Origin: the human T2T-CHM13v2.0 reference genome, Homo sapiens
Assembly: GCF_009914755.1 (NCBI RefSeq)
Contig: NC_060941.1
Direction: 5' to 3' (one strand)
DNA length: 64,000 nt
Position numbers and translations under genes: made by a program. The notes below the pieces were generated by a model. That model saw nothing but the letters and a program-made list of their open reading frames with translations, ran no database searches and had not been told where the DNA came from. Positions 52,826 to 64,000 of this stretch are shown here, piece after piece (position 1 is the stretch's first letter; each line of letters starts with the position of its first letter).

Positions 52826-55087
52826 CTCTGTATTATTTCTTACAACTGCATGCAAATCTATAATTAACTCAAAACAAAAAGTTAAACATTTATTAAGTGT
52901 TGACCAATGTACCAAATGACAATAACAAAAACCCAATTCCAACTTAGATTAAATATAAAGCTACATACCTTAAGTAGTATACAACTGTGAAGCAGCATTT
53001 TAAAAATCAGATAACCATGTAGAAATACATTTCTATCTAAATAAACTCAAGGCATCAGACTAGAAAGAAATGTAAAATTACAAAGCCAAGCATTTCACAC
53101 AAATCGTCAGAAAGCCAGCCAGGTACACTTCATCATTTCCACTATCTGCTTTCTATAAGATCTGAAGATATAATAGCATTTGTCTTGTATCTGTTCTCAA
53201 CCACAGAGGTCAGAACCAAACTAGCTAATAAACTAGTCTAACTACTATACTTTAGTTAGAAAATAAACTCATTATAATTTGTACTCAAAGACAATGTTCC
53301 TGAGGAATTGGAGTTGAGATGGACTCTAAGGAACATGTCATTACATATATTTCTTTATATGTCATTACATATAAAGAAAATTATTTGAAGTGGTTTGTGG
53401 CACACAGATAGAATCCTTGTTCTATGTAATGAGTGCTGGCTTAAAAGGTATGCTTTCTGGAAATGACATTTTGACCAATTTAAATCATATTTTACATGTA
53501 ATAAAACTATTTTCTATTTACATGAATCAAATAGTCTCATAAAGCAAACACTTACGTCTCCATTTATTTCCCACTTTTTGCACAAAATTGGATTTTAATA
53601 GAGTAGGTTTTCTTAAAAGGATAAATGCTCACTGAAATTGGTCATTTTATATATTTGAGACTGACAACATATCCTCATATTATGGTAATTTTATAGCAAT
53701 ATTGTCAAAGAAAACAGTGTTTTCTGGATTCACTTGAAAATGAAACCAACCTAAAGAAAACAAAAATTATAATCCCAAATATGCTACCCTATAGAGGAAA
53801 GGGTGTTTCTTCCCCTTAAGTCCCCTTATACATTAGTCATCTTTCTTTTATTAAAAGTCTTAAAATATCCTCTAAAGCAGATTTCAAAATACAACATTCC
53901 TGAGTCCTCAGGAGTCCTGCTCACAGAAGGGATCTTTAACTTACAGGAAGACGATGCTGACACTAGCTTAAGCACGCATTCAGCACACCACAGTTACAGT
54001 GAATCACACAGGAATTCCACACACATTCCCTACCCACTGTCAGCCTTAGTTTACATAGTGGCGTCAACAGCGAAAAGCCAGTGGTTCCTAAACATCTTCT
54101 CAAATTGCCCAGTCTCCAGGTCCTTGCTCATTTGGCTAAGACTGAATAAACAAACACCATTCATTAAAATGCCTCCTGGCCAGTGTGGACACAACGACAG
54201 AGTGACTCCATACCGACGGCATCATCTAGTTAAAATTAAATTTAAACTTATTTTCCTTTGGGGTATGAAATATATAATCAAATGGAGTTATCCTTCGTAT
54301 GTTAAGTACTTGATAACAGCCCTGAGGTGTTCTATAAACTCATCTAGAGCCTGTAATTAAGAAACAAAATTCTGTTTGTCTCAAGACCAATGTAAACTAG
54401 CTGAAAACAATAAGCTACATTTCATCAGCAGTTATCATGCTGAGGAATCACTAAAACCATATCTAAATAATTCTCTTTTTAAAAAATAACTCATTTCCCT
54501 TTAAAAAATATCTCATTTCCCTTCACACACACACTGCAAATGGCACACATTTCAAGAATAAACATGATTTCAAGCATATATCTTAAAGCAATTTAAACCA
54601 ACAAAATGTAAGAACTTGGCAAAATCACTTAGATAATATCTAATTAGAATCCTCTTTTAAAACAACAGGAAAGTAAGTAAATAATAACCAAATAAATAAG
54701 AAAGCAAGTAAATGAGAAAACAAATAAGCACGTATATAATTAATAAGTAAAAATTTAAAAATCAATCCCTTTGCAAGCTGCAATAATTAATGAGGTTGTC
54801 ACTAACCGATCAGACCATTTACATCAAGCATTGTGGTGAGACAGTCTTTCAGTTAGTATAAGAGTAAACAGAAATGGCGAAAAACTAATTCTTCACAATA
54901 CTAGGATTTAGTTAAATTGAATTCATTTTATAGGTGGGTAACTATTCGTAGACCTTGAAGTTCTGAAATACAGAGTTAAAATAAGAGAAAGCTTTCTGGA
55001 ATCAATAATATTCTAGTTATTGCTTAGTTGACTCATTGTGACATGCTTCCAACCTGGGCATCAAACAAGGATACACATCAAATCGGA

Positions 55088-58000
55088 CTCAGTCTGGTTG
55101 GCTCCTTGCGCTCTGTAGCCGTGGTGGCAGCAGCAGCAGACGTCGGCGGCTGGGCTGCCAGGAGCAGTTCCACTGGGTTTCACTGTCCGAGACTTCCTTT
55201 GGGGCACTCCAGCAAACCAAGGTGGAGTACGAATGGAAATCTGATAAGCAAGGGCTTCAGCAAATCCTGCAGCTATTGAAGGAGTCCCAGTCCCCAGACA
55301 CCACCATCCAGAGAACTGTGCAACAATTCTAGAAACTGGAACAACTTAATCAATATCCAGACTTTAGCAACTACTTGATTTTTGTTCTTACAAAATTAAA
55401 ATCTGAAGATGAACCCACAAGATCATTGCGTGGTCTCATCTTGAAGAATAATGTGAAAGCACACTTTCAGAACTTCCCAAATGGTGCAACAAACTTCATT
55501 AAAAGTGAATGTTTAAATAATATTGGTGACTCCTCTCTTCTGATTAGAGCCACTGTTGGTATTTCGATCACAGCTATAGCCTCCAAGAGAGAATTGCAGA
55601 ATTGGCCTGACCTCTTACCAAAACTCTGTAGCCTGTTGGATTCTGACGATTACACCACCTGTGAGGGAGCATTTGGCACCCTTCAGAAGATTTGTGAAGA
55701 TTCTTTTGAGATTTTAGATAGTGATGTTTTAGATTGTCCTCTCAACATCAGGATTCCCAAATTTTTACAGTTCTTCAAGCACAGTAGTCCAAAAATAAGG
55801 TCTCACGCTGTTGTATGTGTCAATCAGTTTATCATCAGGACTCAAGCTCTGATGTTGCACATTGATTCTTTTATTGAGAAATCTCTTTGCATTGGCTGGT
55901 GAGCCAGAGGTATGGAAAAATGTGTGCCGAGCACTTGTGATGTTGTTCGAAGTTTGAGTGGATCGCCTGCTCCCTCACATGCGTAATATAGTTGAGTATA
56001 TGCTACAGAGGACTCAAGATCAAGATGAAAATGTGGCTTTAGAAGCCTGTGAATTTTGGCTAACTTTAGCTGAACAGCAAGTATGCAAAGATGTATTCGT
56101 AAGGCATCTTCCCAGGTTGATTCCTGTGTTAGTGAATGGCATGAAGTACTCAGATATAGATATTATCCTACCTAAGGGTGATGTTGAAGAAGACGAAATG
56201 ATTCCTGATAGTGAACAGGATATATGGCCACGTTTTCACCGATCAAGGACAGTGGCTCAGCAGCATGATGAAGATGGAATTGAAGAGGAAGATGATGATG
56301 ATAATGAAATTGATGATGATGATACAATTTCTGACTGGAATCTAAGGAAATGATCTGTTGCTGCCCTAGATGTTCTTGCAAACGTGCATCATGATGAACT
56401 GCTGCCATATATATTGCCCCTTTTGAAAGAATTACTTTTTCATCATGAATGGGTTGTTAAAGAATTAGCCATCTTGGGTTTAGGAACAGTTGCTGAAGGT
56501 TTGCATGCAGGGCATGATTCCTTGCTTGCCTGAGCTTATTCCTCACCTTATTCAGTGCTTCTCTGATAAAAAGGCTCTTGTCCGTTCCATAACATGCTGG
56601 ACTCTTAGCCGCTATGCACACTGGGTAGTCAGCCAGCCACCAGACACGTACCTGAAGTCATTAATGACAGAGTTGCTAAAAGGCATCCTGGATAGCAACA
56701 AGAGAGTACCAGAAGCTGCCTGCAGTGCCTTTGCTACCCTAGAAGAGGAGGCTTGTACAGAACTTGTTGCTTACCTTGCTTATATACTTGATACCCTGGT
56801 CTTTGCATTTAGTAAATACCAGCATAAGAACCTGCTCATTCTTTACAATGCCAGAGGGACATTAGCAGATTCAGTAGGACATCATTTAAACAAACCAGAA
56901 TATATTCAAATGCTAATGCCTCTACTGATCCAGAAACGGAACATGTTAAAGGATGAAGATAAAGATCTTTTCCCTTTACCTGAGTGTCCATTTTCAGTTG
57001 CCACGGTGCTGCAGTCTGGCTTCCTTCCATACTGTGAACCTATGTATCAGCATTGGGTAAACCTAGTACAGAAGACTCTTGCACAAGCCATACTAAGCAA
57101 TGCTCAACCAGATCAATATGAAGCTCCAGATAAAGATTTTATGATAGTGGCTCTTGATTTACTGAGTGGCCTGGCTGAAGGACTTGGAGGCAATATTGAA
57201 CAACTGGTAGCCCGAAGTAACATCCTAACACTAACATATCAGTGCATGCAGGATAAAATGCCGGAAGTTCGACAGAGTTCTTTTGCCCTGTTAAGTGACC
57301 TCACAAAAGCTTGCTTTCAGCATGTTAAGCCTTGTGTAGCTGATTTCATGCCAATATTGGGAACCAACCTAACTCCAGAATTCATTTCAGTCTGCAACAA
57401 TGACACATGAGCAATTGGAGAAATCTCCATTCAAATGGGTATAGAGATGCAGCCTTATATCCCTATGGTGTTGCACCAGCTTGTAGAAATCATTAACAGA
57501 CCCAACACACCAAAGACGTTGCTAAAGAATACAGCAGTAACAATTGGTTGTCTTGGTTATGTTTGTCCTCAAGAGGTGGTCCCCATGCTACAGCAGTTTA
57601 CGAGACTCTGGTGCACCTCTCTGAGAAACATAAGAGACAATGAGAAAAGGATTCAGCATTCCGTGGAATCTGCATCATGATCAGTGTGAATCCCCATGGC
57701 ATAATCCAAGATTTTATATTTTTTTGTGATGCTGTTGCATCATGGATTAACCCAAAAGATTATCTCAGAGACATGTTCTGTAAGATCCTTCATGGATTTA
57801 AAAATCAAATTGGCAATGAAAATGGGAGGCATTTCTCTGACCAGTTTCCTCTTCCCTTAAAAGAGCATCTTGTAGCTTTTTATGGTGTTTAATGTAATAC
57901 ACTTAAGCTGCAGTCCCAAAATTAGGGGTCCTTCAGTCTTGGAGACTATGAGGGAGCCTCTGCACCCAGGGAAAATGCTACCCTTCATGGGGGGAAGGGT

Positions 58001-58190
58001 AAACCAGTAGGGAATACAGTATAATCTCAACCCTACTGGGAGGGGCGGGAGGGAGGTGTTGCCATCACTGTATTAAGTTGACGTTGGGAAACGTTTTAAC
58101 ATCTGGAGGCTTTGTGGGTGGAAATATGTCTCCAGTTACAACTCCACAGTGGACGTGAAGAGGGGGAATAAAAAAGAAGAAAAAGAAAGA
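55088..58190 (+). pseudogene. TNPO1P2: TNPO1 (transportin-1) processed pseudogene; decayed CDS 55222-57892
   Basis: Intronless [27 protein letters not shown]...acidic loop [22 protein letters not shown]...[15 protein letters not shown]; start reads GTG, several stops and frameshifts, A-rich 3' end. Paralog number inferred. Confidence 0.95.
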
Positions 58191-58195
58191 AAGTG

Positions 58196-58520
58196 TGGCC
58201 GGGCACAGTGGCTCATACCTGTAATCCTAGCACTTTGGGAGGCTAAGGCAGGTGGATCAGTTCAGGTCAGGAGTTTGAGACCAGCCTGACCAACATGGTG
58301 AAAAAAATACATCTCTATTAAAAAAATACATGCACACACACAAAAAATCTAGGCATGGTGGAGGGCACCTGTAATCCCAGCTACTTGGGAGGCTTAGGTG
58401 GGAGGATCACTTGAACCTGGGAGGTGAAGGTTACAGTGAGTTGATATCATGCCATGGCACTCCAGCCTGGGCAACAGAGCAAGACTCCTGTTTAAAAAAA
58501 GAAAGAAAGAAAGAAAGAAA
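58196..58520 (+). mobile_element. Alu with (GAAA)n tail
   Basis: Alu dimer. Confidence 0.9.
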
Positions 58521-59297
58521 GGGATGGGGGAATGCTTTATTAATGCAGTTGTTTAAATATATTGTGATTAATCCATACAACCAAACTGTAAAGATGTATC
58601 TTAAAGAACAAGGCACCTCTCTGTGTACTGAAATGTACTGTATGTACATTTGTACTGAAATATAAGCATAAGCAAGTATGTGCTGTCTATGTATGTGGAA
58701 AGAGTCTGTAATGCATTAAGAGGAGAAAGCGTGCATTAAAGGAGGTATTTCCCATTTTGGAGGCAGGGAGGAAAATCTGGCATGCATGTGTGTGAGAGAG
58801 AGTGCATTAGAATATGCGCAGAAAACACATCTGCGAACGCATAGCGCAAATGCTTACTAATGGAGAGCAGGGGTGCTGGCCCGCTTCTACTCTGTCGTGT
58901 GTTTCCATTGTGTTAGACTTACTGATAATGAGTTCATGTGACTTTTGTAATCCTAGAGAGGGGACAGCATGTGTGAAGGTCTGAAGCAATAGAATGCATT
59001 AGGGAAAATACTAAAATTGGCCCAAAAAGGAAACAAGGATGGCAGGAAGAGATGAGAGTGGAGAGGAAGGCGGCAGGCAGATGGCCCAGGGTAGCCTACG
59101 CTCTGCCAAGGAGTGTGGGGTTCATCCCAGTGCAGCAGGCTTTCTTTGTCCTCACTGGCAGCTCCTCTCAGCCTATGAGGCTGCCTCCTTGTCTTCTGCC
59201 CACATCTGACTGTGGGAGTTTCTAATCTAATCGCTTAGGAGGCCATCAACTTTACTTAGGGCTGAAGAATGTCTCATTCACTCAATAAATATTTACA

Positions 59298-59700
59298 AGC
59301 CCCAGCACAGTGGCTCACGCCTGTAATCCTAGCACTTTGGAGGCCAAGGTGGGAAGATCACTTGGATCTAGGAGTTGGAGAGCAGCCTGGGCAACATAGC
59401 AAGACCCCATCTCTACGAAAAATAAGAAATTAGTCAGGCCTGGTGCTGCGCACCTGTGGTCCCAGCCACTTGGGAGGCTGAGGTGGGAGGATCGCTTGAG
59501 CCTGGGAAGTCAAGGCTTCAGTGAGCCGAGATCTTGCCACTGCACTCCAATTTTGGCAACAAGCAAGACCTTGTCAAAAAAAAAGAAGGAAGGAAAGAAG
59601 AAAGAAAGAAAGAAAGAGAAGGAAGGAAGGAAGGAAGGAAGGAAAGAAAGAAAGAGAAAGAAAGAAAGAGAAAGGAGAGGAGAGGAGAGGAGAAAGAAAA
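59298..59700 (+). mobile_element. AluJ-like element followed by (GAAA/GGAA)n purine tract
   Basis: Alu body 59298-59585, GA-rich tract to ~59700. Confidence 0.9.
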
Positions 59701-60046
59701 TATTCATAAAGAGAAACTGGAATCCCACAGGCTCAGTCCTGATGAGGGTGGTCCTGCTTCCTCATCTCTTCTCTGTCTACACTGTCTCCTGTGACACCAT
59801 CCATGTTCCTGGCTGTGTAAAGCATCTTCATGTGCCCCTCCCACGTCCTCTCTCCTGCTTGGTCTCCCTCTAAGCACAGACTTGGGAATATAACTGCCTC
59901 CTTGGCACTTTCATCTGATAGGCATCTCACATCAAAAACTCAACTCTGGCTTATAGCCACCCGCCAATCTGCTCCTGTTTTAATCTTCATCTCAGTAAAC
60001 AGTGCTACCATCCACCCTGCTGCCCAGGCCAGATACCTAGGAGTCT

Positions 60047-60356
<310 letters not shown>

Positions 60357-60463
60357 ATTTTCACTCTCTTAATGATGTCTTTGGAAGTGCAAAAGTTTTG
60401 AATTTTGAAGAAGTCTAATTTATCAATTTTATTGTGATCTATCTATCTATAGAGCTATACATA

Positions 60464-60819
60464 CAGACATTTCCTGATTTACAATGGTTCAACCTACAAT
60501 TTTTGACTTTACTGTGGTATGAAAGCCATATACATGCAGCAGAAATCATGCCAAGTACCCATAAAACCATTCTGTTTTTCACTTTCAGTAAAGTATTCCA
60601 TAAATTATGTAAGATAGTCACCACTTTATTATAAAATAAGCTTCGTGTTAGATGATGTTGCTCAACTGTAGGCTAATGTATGTGTTCTGAGCACGTGTAA
60701 AGTAGGCTAGGCTAAGCTATGATGTTTCATAGGTTGTGTATTAGATGCATTTTTAACCTATTTTCAGCCTACGACGGGTTTGTTGGGATGTAACCCCATC
60801 ATAAGTCAAGGAGCATCTG
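60464..60819 (-). mobile_element. MER47A (Tigger-family non-autonomous element)
   Basis: Reverse complement starts cagatgctccttgacttatgatggggttacatccc; contains catcatagcttagcctagcctac. Confidence 0.8.
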
Positions 60820-61904
60820 CATATAATGTTTTGTGTGTGCATATATTTTTAAAGTCTAGCTGACAGTATTTGGTAATGAATTAGATTTCGGGTAGAGAAG
60901 AATTAAGAATGATTCCAGTGGTTTTGGTCAAGCAAGTGTCTAAGATGGGGGAAGCCTACAGAAGCAGGAAGTTGGGGATGGGGGATCAGGAGCTCTGTTC
61001 TGGATGCACGGAGTTTGAGCTTGTCTGTTAGAAATCCACGCAGAGATGCTGAGAGGCAGGTGGAATCTGGAGTTCAGAGTCATTTGATAGATTAGGTGGC
61101 TGAGTGAGGTTGCAGAAGACCAACAGGGGTGAGAAGGTGGACTGAAAGGAGGAGAGAATCGAGGCCTGCCCAGGGCCTCTGCACTTAGAGGTTAGACAAT
61201 GAGGTAAACCCAGCAGGAAGATGAGAAGGAGTGGCCAGTGAGGTGCAGTTAATCTTCCTGAACGTCAGTTTCCTTGTAATAACTAGGCAGCAGTCATGAA
61301 CAGTACTTCCCTCATAGCGTGATGGTGAGGTTCCTGGAATGTGCGCTAAAAGTGCTTAGAGCAGCACCTTGCATGTAGGAGCTGCTCAGCGCATGTTAGC
61401 TAAACATGAGAATCTTCTCTCTAAACCTTCTAAAGAATTGTCAGATCTTGCCTGATGGCCTTAGCTATCAGGAGAGAAAATCTACAGAGAAACTTGGAGC
61501 CCACCTCAGCCAGGTGGCCTGGGCACTGTAGGATGCCACCTGCTCAAGGGGAGGACTGGGCACTGCACTGAGTCTGCTGCCCAGAGCCTGGCACCATTGG
61601 GCTGGCTGAGGCACACTGCCAAGCCAGCAGGTTTGTGCAACAGACTTGGCTCCCAAAAGGGAGGCCCAGAAGGCCCAGACACCCTCAGGAATAGGGCCTG
61701 GCTGAAGACTGTGATTAAGGAGGTGAGAGTTTCAAGTCTGGTAATTTTGTTATTAAACAGAAATGTGACTTCATTTACATTCCTGAGCCTCGAAGCCTGG
61801 ACTTAAAGATGAATCCCCAGTGGGTGAGGCTGGGTACCAGAAGTGGCTACATATTTGCAGAGCCCACCGAAAATGGAAATGTGGATCTCTTGGTCATGTG
61901 TCAT

Positions 61905-62010
61905 GAAGGATGTCAAGGCAGTTATAGCAGAGCATTAAACCAAGTGTGGGGCCCTTAGCACCGGGGCCCTCTGTGACTGCACAGGTCGTAGGCCCATGCA
62001 GCTGGCCCTG
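61905..62010 (-). mobile_element. MER91-like hAT fragment
   Basis: Reverse complement cagggccagctgcatgggcctacgacctgtgcagtcacagagggcccc...ttggtttaatgctctgc. Confidence 0.6.
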
Positions 62011-62512
62011 TCTGGCCCTGCCTGGTTTCCATCCACAATGAAGGAGGACAGAGTCTGGAAGGTTGAAGAGGGAGGCACTAGACATTCGTGGGTAGAGAGA
62101 CCACTGGGGCTACAGTGTGGAGAATGGGTCACGGTGAGCAGGAGTGGTCAGAGCTGTTGGAGCTTTATGCTGAGATGGGATGAGGTCTGCCCAGATGGGT
62201 GGGGAGGGGACAGGAGAGGAGTGGGACCCTCTCTCTGGGGAGGCTGCCCTGTGGCTTCCTGTTTCTCCCTGTTTCCTGCTCATTGGGCCTTTTCTGCCTT
62301 CTCCTCAGGAATTCTCCTGGGACTGCCATTCTGGGATGTGCATATTCTTTTATTCCACTCCCTTTTGTAGAGATGGAAGCTCCCCCACTGGTGTGGGGCT
62401 GAGAGCAGATTCCCCCCATTGACAGAAACGAAGACACCACAACCCCTCCCTCACGGCACCATTGCTATCCCTTCGGGAACTGTGGCTTGAGATGTCCTGT
62501 TGAGTCACTTCA

Positions 62513-63303
<791 letters not shown>

Positions 63304-64000
63304 TAAGAGATGCTAGAAGTGTGGAATTTTATGTGAAATCTCCCAATTTTCAGAAGTTGGCTTACATTTTTAAAACAGTTTATAGGACAAACAAAACAAG
63401 TTTGCAGACTGGAATTGGCTGCAGGCCACCAAGTTGCAGGTTCTGACAGCTCCACTGTCACTGGGAGGCATCTGGAGCTGATTCCAAGCTGCTACGCCCA
63501 GCATCAGGAAGTGTCAACTGTATGTTCACCCTCCAGCTTTCGGCTGCCACACGCTGTGTGCTCTAGTTACATGCTCTGACCCGCCACAGACCACGGTGGC
63601 TCTCCCCAAGGCCCAGAGTCCATGATGGGAGCTTGACATGGGGTCAGTGAGCTTCAGTAGAAAGGGGGTCTCCCCCAACAGTGCAGCGAGAAGCAACAAG
63701 AGTTGGGGTGGGGACGTGGGGAACAACATGCTCACATGCAGGGCTCTGAGCTCTGTGCGCTCTGCCTAATTGTTCTTCTCTTGGTCATTGGACAGCCCCA
63801 GCCCCTGCAGTTCCTGCTCTCCTCAACAGGGCTGCCCAGTGAGAACCGGACCCTGTCTGCTAGTCTGCTAGAACACTTTACCTTCACAGATGCAGGATTA
63901 AATACCCTGGCATCACACAGTGAGGATGTTATTTTCAAGTGTCTTTCAACCCTTCTGATGACCTCAAGAAGAAAGGCTAGGCCAGGTGCGGTGGCTCAAG

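Noticed and set aside
53803-54360. 185-aa ORF in AT-rich DNA
   Set aside because: GTG start, no recognisable homology or supporting splice structure.
56490-57410. 306-aa transportin ORF as a functional gene
   Set aside because: Internal fragment of an intronless copy with a GTG start, an early TAG and several frameshifts.

Overview
Primate (human-type) genomic DNA with no confidently functional protein-coding gene. It is a segmental-duplication mosaic. The GC-rich core (~14.1-47.3 kb) copies the type I keratin cluster in parental order on the + strand: a Krt42-like pseudogene, a KRT17 pseudogene, a KRT16 pseudogene with a HERV-K(HML-2) LTR5 solo LTR upstream, and a KRT14 promoter plus exon 1 fragment. 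The core is bracketed by two ~2.1-kb AT-rich elements in inverted orientation (~11.6-13.7 kb and ~47.3-49.35 kb). Each element is itself a fold-back repeat carrying two opposed copies of YWHAE (14-3-3 epsilon) exon 3, so there are four copies in all. Outside the core are a Y3 RNA pseudogene fragment, a CT/GA low-complexity block around a CpG-rich core, a Tigger1 remnant, a TNPO1 processed pseudogene and many Alu, L1, L2 and MaLR repeats. Content and order match, from memory, the keratin block of the 17p11.2 Smith-Magenis repeats (probably the middle copy), so paralog numbers are tentative. Main leads: (1) a possible in-frame KRT14-exon-1::YWHAE-exon-3 splice under a near-intact K14 promoter, running into a long hairpin; (2) the nested inverted-repeat architecture; (3) a KRT17 copy with all eight exons open and only two splice-site lesions.
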